A stretch of DNA of 63,239 bases, filler included, from Octopus bimaculoides (Eukaryota): NCBI RefSeq assembly GCF_001194135.2. It is 10 parts of 9 records of this genome, joined end to end, with 100 filler letters (N's around TTAATTAATTAA, not from the genome) between each part and the next. Parts side by side here need not be neighbours in the genome. Positions count along the whole stretch, not along the records: positions 52,041 to 54,046 come from NW_026298421.1; positions 54,147 to 56,040 come from NC_068995.1; positions 56,141 to 58,100 come from NC_068988.1; positions 58,201 to 61,843 come from NC_069002.1; positions 61,944 to 63,239 come from NW_026316521.1; 5 more parts are not named here. One strand, written 5' to 3'. Both the position numbers and the translations under genes were made by a program. The notes beneath the pieces are model-generated. The model had not been told where the DNA came from. It made no database searches and worked only from the letters and a program-made list of their open reading frames with translations. Numbering within the stretch: the first letter of the stretch is position 1; the number at the start of each line of letters is the position of its first letter. This document shows positions 52,472 through 63,239 of the stretch, piece by piece.

Positions 52472-52905
52472 TTATATGTATACGTACAAACATGCATGCA
52501 TATATATATACATATGTATATATATGTATATATACAAATACATANNNNNNNNNNNNNNNNNNNNNNNNNNNNNNNNNNNNNNNNNNNNNNNNNNNNNNNN
52601 NNNNNNNNNNNNNNNNNNNNNNNNNNNNNNNNNNNNNNNNNNNNNNNNNNNNNNNNNNNNNNNNNNNNNNNNNNNNNNNNNNNNNNNNNNNNNNNNNNNN
52701 NNNNNNNNNNNNNNNNNNNNNNNNNNNNNNNNNNNNNNNNNNNNNNNNNNNNNNNNNNNNNNNNNNNNNNNNNNNNNNNNNNNNNNNNNNNNNNNNNNNN
52801 NNNNNNNNNNNNNNNNNNNNNNNNNNNNNNNNNNNNNNNNNNNNNNNNNNNNNNNNNNNNNNNNNNNNNNNNNNNNNNNNNNNNNNNNNNNNNNNNNNNN
52901 NNNNT

Positions 52906-53210
52906 ACCGCCTGACTGGCTCCTGTAGGATTTTCGAGCGAGATCGTTGCCAGTGCCCCTGGACTGGCTTGTGCGGGTGGCACATAAAAGACACCATTTCG
53001 AGCGTGGCCGTTTTCGTGCGGGTGACACGTAAAAGCACCCACTACACTCTCTGAGTGGTTGGCGTTAGGAAGGGCATCCAGCTGTAGAAACTCTGCCAAA
53101 TCAGACTGGAGCCTAGTGTTGCCATCCGGTTTCACCAGTCCTCAGTCAAATCGTCCAACCCATGCTAGCATGGAAAGCGGACGTTAAACGATGATGATGA
53201 TGATGATGAT
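52906..53210 (+). mobile_element. Repeat family D copy with (GAT)n tail
   Basis: Homologous to 38190-38540. Confidence 0.88.
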
Positions 53211-53309
53211 ATACAAATACATATGCATAGATATGTATATATACAAATATATATACGTATGTATATATAGTGAGAGAGAGATAGATAGATAAACAGACAG
53301 ATAGATGTC

Positions 53310-53342
<33 letters not shown>

Positions 53343-53853
53343 GAAGTATATTGAGGTGTGGTAATATGAATATATATCACATAGTCCTCCATATATTTAG
53401 TGTAAAAATTACGAAGCAATTCATAAGACATAAACTGCTTCTGTCGTAAGGCATTTAAGATTTCAAGGGCTTTGATTAGTGGAAAAACACTCATTACTTT
53501 TTTACGTTCTGGCGTTTTCCAGCTTTACTCAAACACAGTTTCGTTCGAACACTCACACACATAAAAAAACATGCATACACTACGTTCATACAAACGTACT
53601 CACAGTAAACATACACCACTGCGCGCACGCTCACACAAAAATATTGAAGTTTATATTGATATAATGTATATACATTGATACATCTATAAAAACACACTTA
53701 GATATGTAAATAAATTGAACAGTTATATATGTATATAAGTATATAACTTTCTATCTATCTATATATCTATCTATTGATGAATACATATACGTCTGTTTGT
53801 GCGTAGGTATGTACGTTTGTATAGATATATTTATGTGTACGTTTGTGAATATG

Positions 53854-53908
<55 letters not shown>

Positions 53909-54090
53909 ATATTTATATTTATATTTACATGTGTACGCATACTCACACACACACATATAATATGTTTGTATAAAATATATATAAATTTATATGTATTCAC
54001 ATGCACACACATGCACACGCACACACACATATAGATATAATATATANNNNNNNNNNNNNNNNNNNNNNNNNNNNNNNNNNNNNNNNNNNN

Positions 54091-54102
54091 TTAATTAATT
54101 AA
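54091..54102. other. Artificial scaffold linker
   Basis: 44N-TTAATTAATTAA-44N. Confidence 0.95.
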
Positions 54103-54311
54103 NNNNNNNNNNNNNNNNNNNNNNNNNNNNNNNNNNNNNNNNNNNNATACACTCCCATATATGCATGCGTAGATGCATGCGAACACACGAAGACACATAC
54201 ACAAGCACACGCACACGCACACCCACATGTATATACTCATTTATTTATTTTACACTCGTTTGCATATGCAACCAATTGGGTATTGCAGAAAGTCAAATAT
54301 ACAAGCAGAAG

Positions 54312-54342
<31 letters not shown>

Positions 54343-54367
54343 AATAAAGAAATAAAGAAAGATAGAA

Positions 54368-54404
<37 letters not shown>

Positions 54405-54759
54405 CATACCTACAGAGATAATGAGACAAACAGAGATAGATAAATAGATAGATAGATAGATAGAGAGGGAGAGAAAGAGAGAGAAGGGAGGAATGGAAGG
54501 AATGAGAGAGATGTGAGACACATGTGAGAGAAAGTGAAGAGAAATTGTAGAAAATAAAATGGAAGAACGAGAAGAAAGAAAGAAACCTGAAAAATGATTG
54601 GCAGAAGACTACTAGTAGAGAAAGAGATGGGGGAGGAGAGAAAGAGAGAGGAAGAAAGAAAGAGAGATACTAATTTTTGACTGAAAAAAGACAAAGATAG
54701 GAGTTGCAATCGGCTTATAGTACAAGCAATTTGGAAGAGCAATAGAAACATAGTTTCCT

Positions 54760-54990
54760 TGTTTCAATCTCAAGATGACCGCCATGCAACTACAACTCTG
54801 TCATTGAACAAACATAACGTAAAAGTCAGTTACAAGTGCAGAGAGAATATTACAACCTCCATAGCTATACTGTATAGAAACAGTTATTCTTCACATCAAA
54901 TTATAACATTGAGCTACAGTTGCTTTAAAGAAATCAACGTCCAAGACTTTTACCAATGCTATATCGCAAGCCTCTCCGATTTCTGATGCC
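54760..54990 (+). mobile_element. Penelope-like element coding relic (RT to GIY-YIG linker)
   Basis: LNKHNVKVSYKCRENI resembles the PLE motif FNxxNVKVSYSCxxNI. Confidence 0.5.
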
Positions 54991-55415
54991 AGATAACACG
55001 AACAAAAGTAAATATTTGTATTGAATATTAAAAGATTGACAGTGGCAGGACTCACTAACAATACTTTCAGGCCTTGTGCCTTTAGGAGAAAGGATTATTA
55101 TACAGAGGCTGTACATACTAAGAAACTTCTACTTGAATCAGTATTATTCAGAAGAAGACACCGATTGAACATCTACGTGGTATATTAATCTGCTAGAAAT
55201 AAGTACCAAGTTATGATTATGTGTGTGTATTTGTTTGTGTGCTTGAGAAAGAAAGAGATCGAAAGAGACAGAGAGGGTAAGAATGAACGGTAAGTGTGTA
55301 AAGGAAGACAGCAAGAGGCAAAGTAAACGATAGGAACAGTGTTAGTGAAAGAAAGATTGGATGCAAAAGTATGCCGGTGTAATATAGAAAAGGGAAAAGA
55401 AAATGAGAGAAAGAA

Positions 55416-55470
<55 letters not shown>

Positions 55471-55794
55471 GAGAGAGAGAAAGATAGAGAGAGAGAGAGA
55501 GGAGAGAAAGGTAAAAAGGGATGGAGAAATAAATACACAAAAAAGACAAGAGAAACAATAGAGAGAGACACACACAGACAGATAGACAGAGATAGAGAGA
55601 GCCTAGAAAAAAACGGGAATAAGTATGAAATGAAGGAGTTAGAAAGAAAAATGAAGAGGTAGAAGTAAAAGAGAAGAAGAGGGAAATAGAAACAAACAAA
55701 AATGGCGAAAAGAAAATTGGTTAAAGTAAGAAAGAGAAGGAGAGAGACAGAAAACAGATGGGTAGGAAATTAGGAGACTATGTCAATGGTAAAT

Positions 55795-55830
55795 CGCCGC
55801 CGAACTAGTTCGAACAAAATGGCGGCGGTG
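55795..55830 (+). promoter_or_regulatory. CpG-rich patch with YY1-type motif CAAAATGGCGGC overlapping an ATG
   Basis: Motif at 55815-55826, ATG at 55819; cgccgcc/ggcggcg inverted pair. Confidence 0.3.
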
Positions 55831-55991
55831 TATATAATGTGCATTCGCATATCATCATCGCTCTTGTTTTATGTGCACCTAATATTTTTTGTTTATATTG
55901 TTTGAACTTTTTTGTACGTCCTCCCCGCTATCCTACTCTAGCGAGATCGAAACCTTGTCTCTCTCTGTATCTCGGTTTGTCTGTCTGTCTG

Positions 55992-56040
<49 letters not shown>

Positions 56041-56084
56041 NNNNNNNNNNNNNNNNNNNNNNNNNNNNNNNNNNNNNNNNNNNN

Positions 56085-56096
56085 TTAATTAATTAA
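56085..56096. other. Artificial scaffold linker
   Basis: 44N-TTAATTAATTAA-44N. Confidence 0.95.
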
Positions 56097-56140
56097 NNNN
56101 NNNNNNNNNNNNNNNNNNNNNNNNNNNNNNNNNNNNNNNN

Positions 56141-56485
56141 ATGACAGCGAAATGGGCTGATTACTACCTAGCTCAGATACCAGGAAACCCCAAAATGGCT
56201 GAAGTTGAAAAGATAGTGCTCATGGGAACTGCCCATATCCTACGTAAAATACTGTCTATGTGATCTCAAATTTTTAAACAAACACATAATTTTCTTATGG
56301 TTTCTTAAACATTCACTAGAACAAAACTGTACAAATCCAAATATATGGTACCCTAGGCATAACACTTACATGAACTTCTAACTTGTTGTCTCTTGAGGTC
56401 TCTGGGTGAGACTTGGATCCAACTTGTACAAATGCAAAACAAAAGTCAAACATAAAATAATAATAATAATAATAATAATAATAAT
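56141..56485 (+). mobile_element. RLE LINE 3' end with 3' UTR and (AAT)n tail
   Basis: AQIPGNPKMAEVEKIVLMGTAHILRKILSM*. Confidence 0.85.
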
Positions 56486-58144
56486 TGTTTTTGTTGTTGT
56501 AATGATATATAATTATTATATATTCTAGCTTTTAAACACTTCATATAAACACCTCATGAATTCTACACATATTTTGTGTCTAATGGTTCACCCTTCTCCA
56601 TTGAATGCTGTTGACAATATTACTGATGGACACTTATTTTATTACATTTGAATTCTTGATGTTTTTAGCTATTTTCAAACTATAATCCCAAATTCTCCTT
56701 CAGATGAGCACGATGATTATGTTAAAGTTTCCTTTTAAATCCTTTCTTAATTCGTCCATGATATAAACATTCATATTGTTTAGCTGAGGGGGTTATGACA
56801 CTGTATAAAATCTGTGTAAAATCAGGACCTAACAATATCAGATTTACACAATCGCACGAGATCGTTAGTTCAACTTTATAACGGTAATCCTCAACACAGG
56901 ATCACATTTCGTTTAAAGCCATTAGGCTTCAATGTGACATAATTGTGCTTTGTAATTCCTATTATTATCTCAGGAAAAGGCAGCGACCTGAGAAAACAGT
57001 AAAACGTGTAAACAACAAATTAAAAGGGTGGCTTATTAGCAATTAAAACCTAACGGTAAAATCACGATGCGGTTATATATGCTAGGGAACTACCTCCATT
57101 TGTCAGTCATTAAGTATAGTCCTTTAGTGTTTTTAAAATTAATCAGACTCTTATTTTATCACAGGCGGTGCTAGTCAGTAGCCTCAGTCACTTTTGTGAC
57201 CTCTTTTAATTTTGCCTTGATATAGTTAAATAAACTGAAACTCTGCGTAGCCAATATGAATTGATTATGATGATCAATAAATAAATAAATTGATTATCCT
57301 ATGTATTCTCCATTTTTATTTATATTGTTAAATTTTTTTCTCCTACAGCAAAAATAATGGAAACTTCTTTAGAGACAACTGGAATTTCAGAAGTATAAGG
57401 TACTAATATGGAAGAAGAATCAACGATAAACGCTATGACATATACACATATGGAACTCCCAATATCATTAATCGATGTAGAGTTAAACTGGTGTACGCTT
57501 GGATACAATTTATCCCTAGGAAAGAACAACTTCTTTCCACACAAATTTATATTTATATATGCAAGCTTAAATATACACAGTATATAATATATAAATGCTT
57601 TGTAATATTTTTACCTACATATTTTCAAGCTTCAACAGATCTATATCTATAAGTATATATATATATGATAAATTCTAAGAAAGGAGTTGACTCAGCAGGT
57701 GGAGGTGTGGACTTTAGTATAATGTAAGAACTAGTCAGGAACATTTCACAAATGTGTCTATTCCAACATCTTCGTTCGCAGCGCTAGAACAGTACAAATA
57801 TTAACATTTTTCACTGAAGCTCACGTTCTTCAATGCGTTGGAAGCGAATCATTAACTGTAATTCTTCAATGTTCACTCATTTGAAATAAGTCTTTGAAGG
57901 AATGCAATTACAAAATCCTCAGATGCAAGAGTTCAAAGATCGACCCATTTCTGATTAACACTTAAGAGGATTAAACACACCTCCCACCCTCTCTCTCTCT
58001 CACTCTCACACACTTACACTCCCTCTCTCCCTCTCTCTGATCATTTAGATGTACTAGCAACGTAAAACTAAATTATTTGAAACAATTTTTAGTCGTGTAT
58101 NNNNNNNNNNNNNNNNNNNNNNNNNNNNNNNNNNNNNNNNNNNN

Positions 58145-58156
58145 TTAATTAATTAA
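58145..58156. other. Artificial scaffold linker
   Basis: 44N-TTAATTAATTAA-44N. Confidence 0.95.
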
Positions 58157-58200
58157 NNNNNNNNNNNNNNNNNNNNNNNNNNNNNNNNNNNNNNNNNNNN

Positions 58201-59857
58201 AAGTGATGTGCGGGAAGGGGTATCAGTTTTTGTATTGTCTTTTCTTTTTTCGTCTTCTTTGTTTGTTAATTTTGCAGTTTTTGTTGTATTTTCTTTCGTT
58301 GATGTTGTTGATGTTGCTTTTGTTGTTTTTTGTGTGGATGGCGGTGTGGGCAGCAAGGCTTTTTTTGTGTTTAGTTAGTTGTTGTTGTTGTTGTTGTTGT
58401 CGGACACTCCTTTTTGAGGTGTGCCTCGCTGTCGCATAAGTAACAGCGAAGAGGCGCCTGCCCTCTACCACTATATGTAATTTTTGGTTTCCTGCCAAAC
58501 GGATGTATGGTGGGATTTTTTTGATTTCTTGTTCGTTTGTGTGGAACAGGATTCGTATAGTTTTTCCCGTCCAGTTGCTTTCTCCAACGTTTATTTTGAG
58601 TATGTTTATGTTGTCCATGTCGACACATATGGCGGATATCAACCATAGTGTGTCTATCGTTGGAGGTGCGTGCTTTATTGTTACCTTTGTTACCTTTTGG
58701 CCAAGGTAACTGGGTAACATTGTCATTTCAGGTGTGTGAAGAGTTAGCGTTGAATNNNNNNNNNNGGCCAAGGTAACTGGGTAACATTGTCATTTCAGGT
58801 GTGTGAAGAGTTAGCGTTGAATACCTCTTCGCCAACTATTCATTTCGAAAAATCACCTGTACATGTGCAAATCTGTAATAAGTAATATAATATTTTTTAT
58901 CCCAAATTGATTTCAAGAATCTTTCGATCTTGTCTATACTGGCCTGTTCCGGCCTTCTACTTTTAGTGTTTATTATTTTATAGATTATTGTTTTCCTACT
59001 TGTTTCCTCTAATATGTGTTGGGGTATGTTTAAGTGTATTTCACCACTTTCTTTGGTAATTAATTTTCTCATTTCTATTATTTCTTTTGTTGTGTAGGAC
59101 ACAACAGTTTCACTTTGCTTCAAAGCTTCAGCAAAGCTTTTGTTTTTGTTATTGTTGTTATTGTTGTTGCTGGTGCTGGCACTGGTATTGGTGGCAGATG
59201 TGGTATTTGCGACTGTGTCAGTGGTGTTGTGGCTTGTATTCATTTTTCCTTCCTCTCTTTCGCTTGCTGCTGGTGAAGAGAGCAAAGGTTGAGTTGAACT
59301 GTTGCTGCTGCTGCTGTTGTTGTTGTTGTTGTTGTTGTCGTTGTTGTTGTTGTTGGTGGTAATGATGTCGTCACCAGAAATGGTGTTGACGTCAGATACT
59401 TTGGAGACATCGTCTATGTTCTGTTTTGTAACTTTGGTTACAGTTTTGTTTTTGTTGTTGGTGGTGGTGGTGGTGGCGGTGTTAACTTTCAAGTTAACAC
59501 TTGCATCTGTGTGTGTGAATTCTTTTTTCTTTTTCTCCATTCTCTCGTTTAACTGTGAGGAAGGAAGACTAGGAAATACTTTTTCGAACGAAACACTGCA
59601 AAAATCAGCGTTCGTTTGACGAAACTTTTCATGGCTACAAGACGCCATCGTCACAAAATAAAAATGGCTAGAAAGCCGAAATTGATTTTTAAAACCTGGA
59701 AATGTGCCACACAGGGCAGATTTCCGTTGAAAAAATCTTGCACCAGAGAGTCTATAAGTTGTTATACAACTTTCTATATAAAAATAAACTTTACAAACAC
59801 ACTTTTTAAAACATAAAAAGGCAAAACTTACGGAGTCGACACGTCTACCGTCCGTCC

Positions 59858-59860
<3 letters not shown>
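58201..59860 (-). mobile_element. 5' part of an L1/Tx1-like LINE: 5' UTR and gag-like ORF1 with CCHC knuckle
   Basis: ORF 59654-58836 continues in frame past one stop into LAKRY..LPSYLGQKVTKVTI..NWTG..IPPYI..VVEGR. After a frameshift comes CYLCDSEAHLKKEC (C-x2-C-x4-H-x4-C, 58404-58445). Confidence 0.75.
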
Positions 59861-59900
<40 letters not shown>

Positions 59901-59919
59901 AATGTATTATGACTATGGT

Positions 59920-60200
59920 ACAATTATGAGTCCAACGGCCATCAATAGCAGGTTCCATACCGATGGAAACGAAGCTGATTTGTAGGCTGTAAGGAATGCA
60001 TGAGCCAACCTCATTATTATTAATCTTTCTATTGACCCACGAAGTACTTCTATCACGTCCTGCCTTACAGGTTGTGGAAGGGGTAGGACAGTTCTTCGCC
60101 AGCGTTGACACATGTTCTAGCAGAATCCCAGTCAAAATTTGCAGAATATTCCCGGTGGCATTAAAAGGTCTTGGACGTTGTTCCTGTTGATCAAAATACT
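59920..60200 (-). mobile_element. Possible Helitron RepHel N-terminal relic
   Basis: CQRWRRTVLPLPQPVRQDVIEVLRGS...AFLTAYKSASFPS loosely matches CxxGKVxLPxLPxPPxxLxxLLxG...NIRxYNSAFxFxS. Confidence 0.35.
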
Positions 60201-60699
60201 TCATCATTGCATTGAGATTGAATACTTCGTTGTCCACCGAAGTTTTATACAAATATGACGAATCAAGGCTTACACCTGGTGGATTTGAAGAATGTTTTCT
60301 TATTGTTAAGCAATATATCTATTATAAAGTGATTCGTTGAATCATCTAGGTGAGCGTCTCACCAAAATCGGCTGTATATTAAGTTTTTGCTTCTTTTGTT
60401 ATGTAAGGATGTGGAGAGTAATGTGAGGCACAGTAATTACAGAATCCTGCGATTTGGATGTTTAGTGTTATGAGAGACTTTGTGTCTCTAACTAGATATA
60501 TGATTTTCTCCTACCCGGCTGTATTAGGTTGTATAGACTCAAGTTATATGTGCCAGACGCATATTGGAGAAAGTTTAGAGACGCGAAAAATGTTCAGAAA
60601 TTATAAAGTAATACAGTCTGTTGTATGATTAACAGCAGAAAAACAAGGAATGCTACAACATGGGCGTAAAACACAGGTAATTCCTGATAATACATTATT

Positions 60700-60865
60700 T
60701 ATATTATTTACATTTCACGGATATTTGTCCTCATTTTGTTTGTTGTTAATACAACGTTTCTGCTGATATACCCTCCATCCTTTATCAGGTGTCTTGGGGA
60801 AATTTCGAACCTGGCTTCTCATTCCTAAGGTATTTTTCGATATCATTATTATTATTATTATTATT

Positions 60866-60925
<60 letters not shown>

Positions 60926-60960
60926 ATTATTGGTGTTGTTATTCAGGCAGTGCCCTGAAT
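60700..60960 (-). mobile_element. Second copy of the hammerhead-tailed element, core mutated
   Basis: Reverse complement: ttaggaatgagaagccaggttcgaaatttccccaagacacCTGATAAaggatggagggtatatcagcaGAAAcgttgtatt, preceded by (AAC/AAT)n. Confidence 0.85.
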
Positions 60961-61105
60961 AATGATAATAATAATAATAACAACAACAACAACAATAATA
61001 ATAATAATAATAATAATAACATTAATAACAACAACAACAACAACACCAACAACACCACCACCAACAACAACAACAACAACAATAAGCATAATAATAATAT
61101 AACAC

Positions 61106-61760
61106 ATGAGAAAGTGCAGAATTTCTGAACAAAATGGTAAACGCATATGTCAGATTACTAGTCAATGTACGCTGCTAGCCCAGAAGGAATATAAGAGACG
61201 CCACGGCAATATAGCAAGGCTTGACAATTGGACATTTTGCAACAAGTATGGACTTGACCAAGCAAAAAATTGGTACGACCATAAACCCGACGGCATCATC
61301 AAAAATGATAATGCAAAGATTTCGGGGGATGTTATGATTGAGTGCGACCATGAGATAGAGAATAGGAAGTCAGGCATAGTCTTAATTGAGAAAGAAAGCA
61401 AACTATGCTGGATCATAGATATAGCATGCCCAGCTGACAGGAACTTATGCGATAAAGAAGAAAGAAATGCCGAAAGATATGACAGGTTAGCTTGGGAAGT
61501 TAAGCAGTTGTGGTCGATGAAAATGATGGTAGTAGTACCAATAATTGTCAGAGCCCTGGGAACAGTGAGTAAAAATCTTGAGAATACATGGAACAAATAG
61601 GGTCTGCAATAAGGGTGGAAGACTTGCAGTAAACAGCACTGCTTGAAACCGCTCGAATACTCCGGAAGGTGCTCGAAAAATAATGGGTGTTACCTAAGTT
61701 CAGTGGTTGTGAACAGCTGACACCGTAGTACATCTCCAGCGTTAGAATCTGTGCAAAGGC
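61106..61760 (+). mobile_element. RLE LINE 3' fragment flanked by (AAT/AAC)n on both sides
   Basis: LAQKEYKRRHGN..KSGIVLIEKE..IIDIACP..VVPIIVRALG, ending TARILRKVLEK*, then UTR and (AAT)n. Confidence 0.92.
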
Positions 61761-61843
<83 letters not shown>

Positions 61844-61887
61844 NNNNNNNNNNNNNNNNNNNNNNNNNNNNNNNNNNNNNNNNNNNN

Positions 61888-61899
61888 TTAATTAATTAA
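61888..61899. other. Artificial scaffold linker
   Basis: 44N-TTAATTAATTAA-44N. Confidence 0.95.
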
Positions 61900-61943
61900 N
61901 NNNNNNNNNNNNNNNNNNNNNNNNNNNNNNNNNNNNNNNNNNN

Positions 61944-62998
61944 ACTCCTTACATGTTTTTCTAAAATACACCATAAATGTTCAATAATATTGAGATTTGG
62001 GAACCGTGGTGGCCAGATAAGATGTTCAACTTCACTAGAATATTCCTCGTGCCATTCAGTAACAACTTTAGCGGTGTGAATTGGTTCATTATCATCCTGA
62101 AAGATTGCGTTTCCCTCCAGAAACAGTTCTGCAACCATAGGATGAATTTGATCAGATAAAATGCTTAAATAGTCATGACTATTAATTTTGCCATGAAGGG
62201 AAACCATTGGGCCAGCAAATTTCCAAGATATAGCCCCACCAGATCATCACAGATCCTCCTCCATGTTTAACAGTTGGAAGAACCAGTGTGGGTCAAATGC
62301 TTCTTTTGGCTGTCTCCACACGTATACTCGGCCGATGGTCAGAAATAAGGTAAAGGATGACTCGTCTGAGAAAATAACATTCTTCCACTGCTCTAGGGGA
62401 CCAATTCTGTAGGTTTTTACTCCACTCTAAATGCTTTGCAATGTTTGTTTTTCAAAGTAGTGGTTTTCTGATTGCAGCCTTCCCGTGAAATTTGGCTTTG
62501 TGCAGCTCCCGGCGAACAGTTTTTGTGGAAGCTGGGTTCTCGAGGTGGTCATTAAGCTCTGCAGTAATTTTGGGAGCTGTACTTTTGTGATCTTTTCACA
62601 TAAGAGCCCGACAGTCCCTATCTGAAAGTTTTCGTTTTCTTCCGGTGTTTTGTTTTGGCGAAGAGGTTTTTCCCCCTTTCTCAAAGGCTGTCATTACTTT
62701 CGACACAGTACTTCTTGATACACCAAACATTTTGGGTGTTTTCATTACGCTAGCATCTGGCATACGAGCATCAACAATTTGACATCTTTGAAAGTCTGAT
62801 AGATCTGTCATTTCAATGAATTTTAATTACCTTTTTCTGATGATATCTGAAATGAAACAGCAATTTTAGCAAAACGTATTAAGCAACACTGATAATAAAT
62901 AAATAAAAATAAATAAACAAGCTTTTGACGGTTTTATAGGTATTTCAAAATTATGGTGCTATGATGCTAGGTGTTTCCATTATTTTGTCCAACCCCTG
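61944..62998 (-). mobile_element. Tc1-family (DD34E) transposon, defective, 3' end cut by the scaffold join
   Basis: TA|CAGGGGTTGGACAAAAT TIR; MTDLSDFQRCQIV..GRKRKLSDRD..VIFSDES..KHGGGSVM..FQDDNEPIH..WPPRFPNLNIIEHLW. Confidence 0.95.
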
Positions 62999-63002
62999 TA
63001 TA

Positions 63003-63074
<72 letters not shown>

Positions 63075-63239
63075 AATAAATAAATAAAAGCAAAAATAAA
63101 CGAACATGTATTAACAGAGGATATAGATAATACAGTCACTCCCCATACACACACATGCACTTACAAAACATAGACACCCATTGAGGGATACGCATGCGTA
63201 GACACGTACAATAGGAATACAAAATACAAAATGGCTGAT

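Noticed and set aside
57349-57399. Exon-like 51-nt segment (KNNGNFFRDNWNFRSI)
   Set aside because: Isolated on a 2-kb scaffold with no partner exon and no recognisable peptide
31062-61899. Recurring TTAATTAATTAA as a CRISPR-like or biological repeat array
   Set aside because: It is always centred in an exact 100-bp N-padded spacer, so it is a synthetic linker

Overview
This is AT-rich, microsatellite-dense, gap-rich eukaryotic DNA. The repeat landscape looks like an octopus genome; that is inferred from recalled SINE/LINE families and is not verified. There is no intact autonomous transposon, CRISPR array, rRNA gene or intact tRNA gene, and no confidently identifiable host gene. Most listed ORFs are translations of microsatellites or N-runs. 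Real content: (i) several tRNA-derived SINE families; (ii) many decayed LINE fragments, namely restriction-like-endonuclease (RLE; R4/Dong/NeSL-type), RTE, CR1-like, Penelope-like, and a nearly complete L1/Tx1-like ORF1; (iii) DNA transposon relics, namely a Helitron with both ends, an hAT element with TSD, mariner, DD37D-like, Tc1, Tigger-like, and TTAA and foldback MITEs; (iv) a possible three-exon host gene fragment at 35.2-37.6 kb. From 31 kb onward the window is a mosaic of short scaffolds joined by nine artificial 100-bp spacers (44 N + TTAATTAATTAA + 44 N), so adjacency across them is not biological evidence. The best leads are a tRNA-headed SINE-like element ending in a minimal hammerhead ribozyme (two copies), RLE LINE families sitting in different microsatellites, a Tx1-like 5' end abutting (GATA)n, and a 143-bp hairpin with G-U-biased mismatches. 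Repeat boundaries are approximate unless termini are quoted.
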